Positions 45,057 to 53,591 of a stretch of 64,000 bases of DNA are shown here, in pieces. Position 1 is the stretch's first letter. Each line of letters begins with the position of its first letter. Made by a program: the position numbers and the translations under genes. Source of the stretch: a virus; the IMG/VR virus record IMGVR_UViG_3300024265_000043, positions 19,715 to 83,714 of that record, one strand, 5' to 3'. The notes under the pieces are model-generated. The model saw nothing but the letters and a program-made list of their open reading frames with translations. It did not search any database and was not told where the DNA came from.

Positions 45057-45842
45057 ATGAATATGCCCGCCACCCCACAGGATCGACAATACCAAGCATT
45101 CACGCTTGCCGAAGAAGGCAATGTAGCATTAAGAGTACATGCCCCTCCCCTTGATTTTGGCGAAGCAGACAACCTCGGCCAAAACGAAAATGATACAGTT
45201 ACAATCCAAAACAATCTTGGGCACAACACAGCCGGGTTTCGCTGCACTCCTCCTACGGGAGGCACAGTTGTATTTGAAACGACCTATGATGGCATCAACT
45301 GGGAAGCAACCAGCATACGCGGAGTCACCAGCGATCAAGTAACATCTGTCATAACCGTGGCGGGGAATTTCATTGGTTCTATTTCGACGAATAGAGCCAT
45401 AAGGCTCAGAACTTCAGTTGCTGGATCTGCGCCAGGAACAGTGATGGGTAGACTCCATCGAGGTGTTTCTGTCATTGAAACAGTTGAATTTGGACACCCA
45501 CCCCACAAAATAGGGTTCGTGACCCAGAGATATCACGATGCATTTTCATCCGCTCAGACTGATGCAGTTCTATGGACACCAGCGGCCGGAAAGGCAATTG
45601 TTCTTACAGATTTATTTGTATTTGCGGGAGGCAACACTGATGGGAATATGTCGATATTCTCAGATACGAATGTGAATGGTAATATAATCTTCAAAAACGA
45701 TATCAAAGTTTCAACGAATGTGCCATATAGCCAACCATTATCATGGAAATTAGGGCTGGTTAGCGGAACAGATAAAGCCATAAAAATCACAACAGATGCT
45801 GCAATAAGCTGCAACATAATGCTGTTCGGTTACGAGATATGA
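45057..45842 (+). CDS. Putative virion decoration/structural protein
   Basis: Two jelly-roll-like beta segments; N-terminal PATPQDRQYQAF motif. Confidence 0.55.
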   Translation: MNMPATPQDRQYQAFTLAEEGNVALRVHAPPLDFGEADNLGQNENDTVTIQNNLGHNTAGFRCTPPTGGTVVFETTYDGINWEATSIRGVTSDQVTSVITVAGNFIGSISTNRAIRLRTSVAGSAPGTVMGRLHRGVSVIETVEFGHPPHKIGFVTQRYHDAFSSAQTDAVLWTPAAGKAIVLTDLFVFAGGNTDGNMSIFSDTNVNGNIIFKNDIKVSTNVPYSQPLSWKLGLVSGTDKAIKITTDAAISCNIMLFGYEI

Positions 45843-45843
45843 T

Positions 45844-46221
45844 ATGGTACTGCCAACCACAAGAACCGATAGAGAATATCAAAAGTTTGTAGAGACTTCT
45901 GATGAACAAACCGCCGTAAAAGTAGTTATTGTTGGCGGGGCCAATATACAAAGCATCGCAACAAAAACAGAAGACTACACTCTCGTAGATTCAGACTCTA
46001 CAATTTTAGCAGATGCAACCAATAACACCGTTACCATATCGCTACCAGTAAGCCCCACACATGGACAGGTTTTTAATGTAAAGGCCATCAACAGCACATT
46101 CGCCGTCACCGTTGATAGGAATGGAAAATTAATAGATGGCGTAGCTAGCGATCTCAATCTTGTGGCAACCGACAGCGCCACTCTAATATACGATACAAAT
46201 TATGGTTGGGCTCAGATCTAA
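45844..46221 (+). CDS. Putative virion decoration/fibre-associated protein
   Basis: N-terminal PTTRTDREYQKF; KTEDYTL...ILADAT..TVTISLP...G....VK domain common in phage fibres. Confidence 0.6.
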   Translation: MVLPTTRTDREYQKFVETSDEQTAVKVVIVGGANIQSIATKTEDYTLVDSDSTILADATNNTVTISLPVSPTHGQVFNVKAINSTFAVTVDRNGKLIDGVASDLNLVATDSATLIYDTNYGWAQI

Positions 46222-49200
46222 TGAGTTACAATTCTTCAATCAAGGACGGCAAGTTTTACCTGAATAACGGCAAAGAAGACGTTAATGGTAGTGAAAGATT
46301 TTGTATTGATCCAGACACAGGACATATAACCGTCCAGAAACGCATAAATGGGATTTGGGGACCCACCTCTTTTGAAACAGGGCCAAATTCTCTTTGGTGT
46401 GGAATGAATGTTGGACTGGCTGCGGCTGGGCAACACCTATTAAGTGAAACATCTTTTGGAGACCACCACACTCTTGTACATGGGCACTTTGAAAACGGTC
46501 TGTCTGTAGGCGATACTAAAGCATTATTTGCTTACGGCAAGCAAACAAGATATATTCCTCAATCTGATTATTCAAATGAATGGGTAGGTACTGAATATAG
46601 TTGGGCATCTGCTGCATCAACATCTCACTTTTTTATGGAGATGGGGTATTGGAAGACTGGTTCGATAGCTGCTTCAGATATAATAAGAATACAAACTTGG
46701 GCAGGACCAGACGAAAATGGCCTCTTAATATTTGATCAACGATACCCGCCATCTGATTTCCCAGCAAACAGCGAAGTAGCCTCAAATAAAGAAGGTTTTA
46801 TAGAAATTGAAGAGGGAGAAACGTACTATACAAAAATAAGTAGCAGTGAACCCTTCTCAATATTATTAAATGCCGCAGGAACAGAACCCTGGAACGCCAT
46901 TGATATGAGTTTTATCAGGGAAGAAAATATATTGCAAACTAAGGCATGGGAAGATGGCGCTACTTATACCCAGGGGGATTATTATATAGGCAATAGAAAA
47001 ATTTATGTCTGTAATGTGACTGGGGCCCAAACAGGAACATTTGAAGACAACTCAGATAAGTGGGATGAGTTAGGTAGCCACCTTATAACCGAAACTGATC
47101 CTATATTCAATGCGTGGGATAAATCAACAGGAATTATCATAACCGAATCGCAAATATCTGATTTGCAAAGTTATTTAATCACAGAGAGCGATCCCATATA
47201 TTCTGCAAGTCCTGCCAGCAACATTACTGATGCGGGAAGCGGATTGATTGTAACTGTTGCCGAAAGAACCAATTGGAACGCAGCGTATGGATGGGGCGAT
47301 CATTCTGCGCAAGGCTACTTAACTTCATATAACGAAACGGATCCTATATTTTCGGCGTGGGACAAAAGCGACGGGATATCTATATATGGATCACAATTAA
47401 AAGGTTTTGATGATGGAAAAATTCCATTTGGCAGCGGCTTTGGAGGATTGAGTTTTGACAATCTGCTTGAGTGGGATAATGTAAACAAGCGTCTTGGTGT
47501 AAACAAAATAAATCCCACCTCAACAGTAGATGTTGCTGGCACTGTAAAAGCTACTGGTATGAAGGTTAATGGGGTTAATGTACTTACCTCATACACAGAA
47601 ACCGACCCAATATTTACAGCATGGGATAAGAGCACTGGAATTTCAATTACTGAATCACAAATATCCGATCTTTCCCATTTTAATGAATTGGCTGGAAACT
47701 TATCTGGTATAACACAATACAGAGTGTCATTTGGAAATGCGAGTGGTGGTTTAACCGATAGTCCCAACCTTACGTACTCAGATAGTGCATTAAGAGTAAG
47801 CAATGGTGGAATATATCTTGACAGGCCGGGCGCTGATTCATTTATAGTATTTAGCAGGAATGCTGCTCAAGTTGGTCAGATCAGAGGCGCGGATGGATCC
47901 ATAGATATTACAGAATCAGGAGGTAGTCCGGTTCACCTCTCAGTGGACGTTGTATCTGGGATTACGTCCATGAGCGGCGTGAATACTCCAGAGATTTCTA
48001 ATATTAGTGGATTGTTGAAAATCCAACCCGATGTTCAGGGAGATGTTGAACTCTTTGGCGATACTGACGTAGCCAACAACGAAAACAGTAAAATACTCAA
48101 AATATGGAGAAGGGCTCCAGAAGGAAATGATTATATAAGATTTTATATTAGCCAAACCAAAAACGCTTATATACACTCTTCTACTCATCTAACATTACAG
48201 GCACAGAACCCTTTCACTATAAACTCTGTGACCGAGGACATAATTTTCAAGGTTGGTGACAACGCTGGAGTAAAGAAATTCTATTTTAGAGACAGTGATG
48301 CTAATGACCTTATTACTATAGACAGTAATGGTCAAATGATCATAGATGCAAATCTAGGAGGAAGCCTAAAAGTTGTTAGAGGTTCCAATAACACTATTAA
48401 AACTTTTCTGGATTCGACATACACCGATCTTAGGTTTGAAGGATCGAAAGACTACAACAGAATTGGAACTTGGATACCTAAGCCGTTTCAGATTGTAACA
48501 AACTCTATTGATAGGATTGTAGTAAGCAGCGATGGATTAGTAGGTATAGGAAAAACACCTGAAACTTTTCCGCTAGAAATATTATCAACTATCCCTACAG
48601 TTGTGCTTGAAAACTCAAGAACAATTATGGGTACTGGATATTATGTTGGTGGATTAGTCTTCAACGCTGGAGAAGATACTCATGAGGATGTTGCACAAAT
48701 ACGAGTAAACGCAGCAGAAGATTGGACCAGTACTTCATCTCCAACAAGGATGAGTTTTTACACAACTCCCTCCGGTTCGATACATGCTGCTGAAGCAGGT
48801 TTTATTGACTCTAAAGGTTTTTGGGGATTAGGAACATTAGACAGTGTTGATCACCGCTTGCATGTTAGGGAAGGTATTAAAGCAGAAGGTGGTTTTGTAT
48901 ATCACGACAACTCAACTCAAACTACCAATCATTGTCATTGGAATACTAGAACGGCGAAGTATAATCAAACAAAAGGATTAGGTACGTGGGGAAACGGACC
49001 ACACGCAGTAGCGTGGAAACCAGATGGAACAAAAGTATTCATTGTTGATAATCAATCTGAAGAAATAAACGAATTTTCAGTAACTACTCCCTGGGATGTG
49101 TCTACATTAACGCACATTAGGGCTATGAGTACTACATCTGAAGAAAGCAATCCAATGGGCCTATGTTTTGATCCTACTGGAACCAAAATGTATATTGTTG

Positions 49201-49910
49201 GTTCTGGAGGAGACGAGGTTAATTATTACGGCCTCACGCAAGCTTGGGCGACCAACACAGCAGTAGCCGTATCTATAAAAGACTTATCAGGAAATTCTGG
49301 CACACCTAACGGCATACAATTTAGTCCAGATGGAATGAAGATGTTTATTGCTGATGGAAGTTTAAATGAAATACAATTGTGGACATTAACTAAACCGTGG
49401 GACGTAACTACAGCATCTTATGATTCTAAGTTCGATGCTTCTATGAATAATACCGAAGGGTTTAATTTCAGCCATGATGGGCGTAGGCTTTACGTAGTAG
49501 ATGGTTCCGCCGAAGATGATATACATCAATATTATATGTCAACTCCTTGGGATATTTCCACAGCAAGTCTAGAAGGATCGTTGGATCTAACTGGTATAGC
49601 TTCAGTTCCTAACAGTATTACATTCAATACTGCTGGTACAAAGATGTACGTGACAGACAATAATGTTGGAGTAGATGGGTTATTGGAATTTGATCTTGGG
49701 ATCTCTACTTTAGGAAAAGTAGCGATAGGTGCCGACGCACCAGCAGAAAGCGCTGCGTTAGATATAACATCAATAACGGGGGCTCTGCTGCTGCCAAGAA
49801 TGACAACCACCCAAAGAAACGCGCTGACGCCTGCAAATGGGATGCTTTTATACGACGCCACCCTGAATCAGTCAATGACATATGAAAATGGTGGGTGGAG
49901 ACAAGTTTAG
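46221..49910 (+). CDS. Second long fibre / receptor-binding protein with beta-propeller
   Basis: TETDPIF.AWDKS.G repeats, CBM5/12-like W..GATY..GD segment, VGIG motifs, PWDVST-type propeller blades, LLLPRMTTTQRNAL C-terminus. Confidence 0.75.
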   Translation: MSYNSSIKDGKFYLNNGKEDVNGSERFCIDPDTGHITVQKRINGIWGPTSFETGPNSLWCGMNVGLAAAGQHLLSETSFGDHHTLVHGHFENGLSVGDTKALFAYGKQTRYIPQSDYSNEWVGTEYSWASAASTSHFFMEMGYWKTGSIAASDIIRIQTWAGPDENGLLIFDQRYPPSDFPANSEVASNKEGFIEIEEGETYYTKISSSEPFSILLNAAGTEPWNAIDMSFIREENILQTKAWEDGATYTQGDYYIGNRKIYVCNVTGAQTGTFEDNSDKWDELGSHLITETDPIFNAWDKSTGIIITESQISDLQSYLITESDPIYSASPASNITDAGSGLIVTVAERTNWNAAYGWGDHSAQGYLTSYNETDPIFSAWDKSDGISIYGSQLKGFDDGKIPFGSGFGGLSFDNLLEWDNVNKRLGVNKINPTSTVDVAGTVKATGMKVNGVNVLTSYTETDPIFTAWDKSTGISITESQISDLSHFNELAGNLSGITQYRVSFGNASGGLTDSPNLTYSDSALRVSNGGIYLDRPGADSFIVFSRNAAQVGQIRGADGSIDITESGGSPVHLSVDVVSGITSMSGVNTPEISNISGLLKIQPDVQGDVELFGDTDVANNENSKILKIWRRAPEGNDYIRFYISQTKNAYIHSSTHLTLQAQNPFTINSVTEDIIFKVGDNAGVKKFYFRDSDANDLITIDSNGQMIIDANLGGSLKVVRGSNNTIKTFLDSTYTDLRFEGSKDYNRIGTWIPKPFQIVTNSIDRIVVSSDGLVGIGKTPETFPLEILSTIPTVVLENSRTIMGTGYYVGGLVFNAGEDTHEDVAQIRVNAAEDWTSTSSPTRMSFYTTPSGSIHAAEAGFIDSKGFWGLGTLDSVDHRLHVREGIKAEGGFVYHDNSTQTTNHCHWNTRTAKYNQTKGLGTWGNGPHAVAWKPDGTKVFIVDNQSEEINEFSVTTPWDVSTLTHIRAMSTTSEESNPMGLCFDPTGTKMYIVGSGGDEVNYYGLTQAWATNTAVAVSIKDLSGNSGTPNGIQFSPDGMKMFIADGSLNEIQLWTLTKPWDVTTASYDSKFDASMNNTEGFNFSHDGRRLYVVDGSAEDDIHQYYMSTPWDISTASLEGSLDLTGIASVPNSITFNTAGTKMYVTDNNVGVDGLLEFDLGISTLGKVAIGADAPAESAALDITSITGALLLPRMTTTQRNALTPANGMLLYDATLNQSMTYENGGWRQV

Positions 49911-49947
49911 TAACGCACAGAGTAATACCTTAAAGGAGGAAATCAAC

Positions 49948-50292
49948 ATGAAGAAAATCGACTTGAACAAATCGTTCACATTGGAATTTGATAATAATTG
50001 CCCAACGTGCAATACAAGTCTAGCCAAAAAATTTACCAAAGAGATTACATATATGGGCACGGTTGAAGACGCATTAGAATACGTGCCTCAAGGCGGTTTG
50101 AGTTTTAAAGAAATGGCGGTGCGCCTGGCTATTAAAGAAAAAATTAAAAAAGGCGGCACAATCAGCCTTGATGATGCGGATGTAGATAAGATTCTCGATC
50201 TAGTGAATAATATGGCTTTTCGCGTTCTGAACAAAGGGTACGTTGAATTCTATAATTACATAAAATCAATAAAGGAAAGCAAAGGCAAATAA
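49948..50292 (+). CDS. Small protein after fibre (possible fibre chaperone)
   Basis: AAGGAGG RBS; position directly after the fibre gene. Confidence 0.5.
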   Translation: MKKIDLNKSFTLEFDNNCPTCNTSLAKKFTKEITYMGTVEDALEYVPQGGLSFKEMAVRLAIKEKIKKGGTISLDDADVDKILDLVNNMAFRVLNKGYVEFYNYIKSIKESKGK

Positions 50293-50391
50293 TTAATTCA
50301 TGGATGTTGTAATAAAATGTCTTAAATTCAAATAGATTCAATGCAGTTCCAAGATCCCTCATAGAAACACCGCTCTCTCATAGGCGGTCCT

Positions 50392-50436
50392 TGCCCCACG
50401 GAGTTATTTGCCTTTCGCCGTGGGGTGTTTCTTTTC
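50392..50436 (+). terminator. Putative intrinsic terminator
   Basis: GCCCCACGG...CCGTGGGGT followed by GTTTCTTTT. Confidence 0.5.
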
Positions 50437-50520
50437 CTGAACCTTTTTAAAATATTGCTTGCATAATATTTAGTTAGGAACTAACTTGTGTAGTTGAAGG
50501 CACAACCAAAAAGGAAAAAC

Positions 50521-50733
50521 ATGAGATTCCAAAAAAAGATATATCCTCCCGCAATCTATTTGTTCGCCACCCTTTTTATGTTCACAGCATATGGGTTGCC
50601 TCTTCTTAAATATCATAATGTAATTGATTGGTCATGGTGGTGGATCTCGCTTCCCTGGTGGGGCGGGATGATTGCTGTTGTGGTTGTTTTCTTCTTTATA
50701 AAGGCAAAGCCCATTGTACCGGAGGGGAAATAA
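50521..50733 (+). CDS. Small membrane protein
   Basis: IDWSWWWISLPWW transmembrane motif. Confidence 0.6.
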   Translation: MRFQKKIYPPAIYLFATLFMFTAYGLPLLKYHNVIDWSWWWISLPWWGGMIAVVVVFFFIKAKPIVPEGK

Positions 50734-51122
50734 TGATCAATCTAAAATTCAGAGCTATTCTATCGAAGAATACAATTATCCATTTTACATTAGCAGAGTT
50801 GTGTGATAACAACAGATTCATAAATCGCGAACTCCTTCGCCCTTGGCTGGCCGCTGGGAATAAGCCTGATGTACGGACTGCTCATAAGGACGATAATGGC
50901 GTCGAGACTTATAGTGGTGACATTATCAAGGTTATGAATTGGGGCGAGAGTGCAGGGGAAATCCTCGGGTACACTACTGTCGTTTGGGATTTAGACGACC
51001 AAGGATGGCGGTATGAAGATTACTGTTTAGTAGAAAGTCACTATTATCAATTCAGGACATTTGAAGTCATCGGCAACAAAACCCTTAACCCAGAACTCTT
51101 GAAATCGTTGGAGGAAAAATAA
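50733..51122 (+). CDS. YopX-family protein
   Basis: LKFRA...KDDNGVETYSGDII...FEVIGN...NPELL. Confidence 0.8.
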   Translation: MINLKFRAILSKNTIIHFTLAELCDNNRFINRELLRPWLAAGNKPDVRTAHKDDNGVETYSGDIIKVMNWGESAGEILGYTTVVWDLDDQGWRYEDYCLVESHYYQFRTFEVIGNKTLNPELLKSLEEK

Positions 51123-51478
51123 TGCCTGATACACCCAATCTTAAACCATGCGCTCATTGTGGGGAAGAATTATTTGATGCCGAATTCCAATTCATGCATC
51201 CCAAAAACGATTGCTATCTGAGCGAACATGAAGTCTATCTTGAAGATTTTGATTCGTGGAATTCCCGCCCCATAGAGGAATCGCTCCAAGCCGAGAATGA
51301 GCGACTGAAGGACGAATTGCGACGAGTTAAGAAAATGTTAGTTCGTGTAATTGGGGATCACGACGCGCCTAGCGATTGCTATAGCACGGGTCCACTAGAA
51401 GGGAATCGAATGGATGATATCTGTCCGTCTTGTGAAGGGCTACATTATTTGAACCACCCAGACACGGAGAAACCATGA
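51122..51478 (+). CDS. Lar-like zinc-ribbon protein
   Basis: LKPCAHCG...WNSRP. Confidence 0.55.
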   Translation: MPDTPNLKPCAHCGEELFDAEFQFMHPKNDCYLSEHEVYLEDFDSWNSRPIEESLQAENERLKDELRRVKKMLVRVIGDHDAPSDCYSTGPLEGNRMDDICPSCEGLHYLNHPDTEKP

Positions 51479-51675
51479 TAGGCGAAATAACAATAAATAT
51501 ATCTGCTCCTCTGAACAATGGGGTCAGAGTAGAAGTGATCCGAACATTCCAGTCGGGCACTTTGCGCCAACTTTTATCTAGTGAATCGCTGGGGAAAGAT
51601 ATTGAGGACACTATGATCTCTGCGGTAGAGGCCATAGAGAAAGTCAGAAAACATAAAAATGCCGAAGATGAGTAA
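51475..51675 (+). CDS. Hypothetical protein
   Basis: ORF track; GGAG RBS. Confidence 0.5.
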   Translation: MIGEITINISAPLNNGVRVEVIRTFQSGTLRQLLSSESLGKDIEDTMISAVEAIEKVRKHKNAEDE

Positions 51676-51967
51676 ACGCATTCTCCACCTGACCCTCCAT
51701 CGTAAATGGTTTGATCTCATTGCGACGGGTGAGAAGACCGCCGAGTTTCGGCAAATCACGAAATATTGGTACAAGCGACTATGGAGCCAGACGGCGGAGG
51801 AGCATCGAATTTATGACGAGATACACTTTCGCAATGGGTATAATCCAAAGAACCCGTTTATGAAAGTCAAGTTTCTAGGTACGGTTATTGATCGTCATCG
51901 TAAAAGATTCAAAATCTTGCTCGGAGAAATCCTCGAAATCAAAAACTGGGAAGGGCCCAAAAAATGA
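51659..51967 (+). CDS. ASCH/PUA-like domain protein
   Basis: LHLTL..KWFDLIATGEKTAEFR...YW.KRL...FRNGY. Confidence 0.8.
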   Translation: MPKMSKRILHLTLHRKWFDLIATGEKTAEFRQITKYWYKRLWSQTAEEHRIYDEIHFRNGYNPKNPFMKVKFLGTVIDRHRKRFKILLGEILEIKNWEGPKK

Positions 51968-52224
51968 AAAAGATAAAACTGCATAAAGATTTTATAACGG
52001 AGTTTACAGCAAACGGTAGAACCTACCTGCTCGCTGAAGTCAAGGTTGTTTTGCCTGGCGGGATTACTTCTCAAAAACTCGCCTATGTGAATATATCTGA
52101 GGGACGTACCGCTCAAATAGCATTGAGCGCGGGCGCGGCAGTTACAGATGATCTACAGCCAATAGACGATGATGATATTATCAGGTTGATAGGTCACGAA
52201 ATTGTTAAGAAAGAGACCAAATAA
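51964..52224 (+). CDS. Hypothetical protein
   Basis: ORF track; coupled. Confidence 0.5.
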   Translation: MKKIKLHKDFITEFTANGRTYLLAEVKVVLPGGITSQKLAYVNISEGRTAQIALSAGAAVTDDLQPIDDDDIIRLIGHEIVKKETK

Positions 52225-52442
52225 TGGCACGCAAAAAAATGTATCGAGTTGGCGATTATATTGAAACCTTCGATGAACTTGAAGAAATATTCAAGGTATC
52301 TAATTTTATAATGCTGGATTGCGGAGACCGAGGTGAGCCGAGATGGCTTCCCAAGCATAAGGGATTTATAGTTTCAATGATGTATCATGTGGTTCGCAAT
52401 CGGCTTGCATCTAAAAAATTGGCAGTCGCGATTAAGAATTAG
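52224..52442 (+). CDS. Hypothetical protein
   Basis: ORF track; coupled. Confidence 0.5.
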   Translation: MARKKMYRVGDYIETFDELEEIFKVSNFIMLDCGDRGEPRWLPKHKGFIVSMMYHVVRNRLASKKLAVAIKN

Positions 52443-52517
52443 CCCCAAAGATTGGCTTTTGCATCCTTGTCCAGAGGAATGCGAAGGGGCGCGGTTTAAT
52501 TCCGTGCGGGGCTGCTA
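52441..52517 (+). ncRNA. tRNA-sized, tRNA-like structure lacking a D-stem (not a canonical tRNA)
   Basis: AGCCCC/GGGGCT outer stem, GCGCGG-TTTAATT-CCGTGC T-arm-like hairpin, long central hairpin, 3' GCTA. Confidence 0.5.
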
Positions 52518-52524
52518 TTTGAAA

Positions 52525-52796
52525 TGCTGGTAGTGTGCAGAATGCTAATAAAGACTAAAGCACGTAGGGCTGAAGTCTGAAGAAGGCTGGTCGTCCCTCC
52601 CTACATTATGAGGCACCACAGCCCAAGAATCCAACCTTCTACCAGCAGATTTTTGAAATATGGGAGTGCGGATGATCACATCACGTCTCTTAAGGGGGAT
52701 TCCGGGTATCCGGGGACACCGCACTCCCATTTAACTTGCTGACTGAAGGGCTCATGTCGCACTAAATATGGTGCAAGAAAATTCTGGCATGAGCCC
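52525..52796 (+). ncRNA. Three further tandem structured units
   Basis: Closing stems TGCTGGTAG/CTACCAGCA, ATGGGAGTGCGG/CCGCACTCCCAT, GGGCTCATGTC/GGCATGAGCCC. Confidence 0.45.
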
Positions 52797-52819
52797 GTTG
52801 GCATAACATTGGAGGAATT

Positions 52820-53116
52820 ATGGTAAAATGTACACAATGCGAACAAGATACGGCTGGGAATCATGCGCTAGATTGTCCTACTCTTATTGGTAAAACGGTT
52901 CTGTTTCCCGAGAATGCTCCATTCCAATTCATTCCCGAGACGCCAACCGTTCGACAATTCTTTGCAGCTCACGCTTTGCAGGGGATAATTAGCAACGCCG
53001 ATACGATGCGAGAAATCACAAGAAAATGCGAATACGCCCGCAAGGAGGACGAATTTTTCGAAATTGTTGCGGCGATGGCATATCTATACGCTGACGCCAT
53101 GATTGAGGTTAAGTAA
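52820..53116 (+). CDS. Hypothetical phage protein
   Basis: TVRQFFAAHALQG...AY.YADAM motif; GGAGG RBS. Confidence 0.6.
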   Translation: MVKCTQCEQDTAGNHALDCPTLIGKTVLFPENAPFQFIPETPTVRQFFAAHALQGIISNADTMREITRKCEYARKEDEFFEIVAAMAYLYADAMIEVK

Positions 53117-53583
53117 TGAGCCAATATGCTGCAAATACATCCGTCTCTGGGGAAAAGAGCCGTGGCGAAATAGAACGAACGCTCACCAGATACGGTGCTG
53201 ATTCATTCATGTATGGATGGGAGAGTGATCGCGCAGTCATTCAGTTTCGACTGGGCGGCAAGATGGTTCGCTTTACTCTTCAGATGCCCGAGAGAGAATC
53301 AGACGAATTTCGCCTAACGCCATCTGGGAAACGCAGAAGAGATGGCGATGCGCAACTAAAAGCATGGGAACAGGCGGGCAGGCAGCGATGGAGAGCATTG
53401 GCTCTCGTAATTAAGGCAAAACTTGAGGCTGTAGAATCCCAAATTACTACGGTGGAAGAAGAGTTTCTTGCCCATATACTTTTGCCCAGCGGAGAAACAG
53501 CGGGTGCATTTATGTTGCCACAATTAGAAATCGCTTATAAAACGGGCAATATGCCCTCACTTTTACCAGAATTTACTAAATAG
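53116..53583 (+). CDS. Hypothetical phage protein
   Basis: YA..TSVS.EKSRGEIE..L.RYGA...WRALALVIKAKLEAVE...EEEFLAH. Confidence 0.7.
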   Translation: MSQYAANTSVSGEKSRGEIERTLTRYGADSFMYGWESDRAVIQFRLGGKMVRFTLQMPERESDEFRLTPSGKRRRDGDAQLKAWEQAGRQRWRALALVIKAKLEAVESQITTVEEEFLAHILLPSGETAGAFMLPQLEIAYKTGNMPSLLPEFTK

Positions 53584-53591
53584 GAGAAACC

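Noticed and set aside
15530-49840. Diversity-generating retroelement TR/VR pair between the two fibre C-termini
   Set aside because: Differences are mostly synonymous and not adenine-specific, both copies are coding, and no reverse transcriptase is in the window
52441-52517. Canonical tRNA-Gly(TCC) or tmRNA
   Set aside because: No D-stem, G at the U33 position, T-loop TTTAATT, no CCA; far too short for tmRNA
52578-52660. Hammerhead ribozyme (CTGAAGA...GAAA)
   Set aside because: The GAAA is not adjacent to a closing stem II, and stems I/III could not be built
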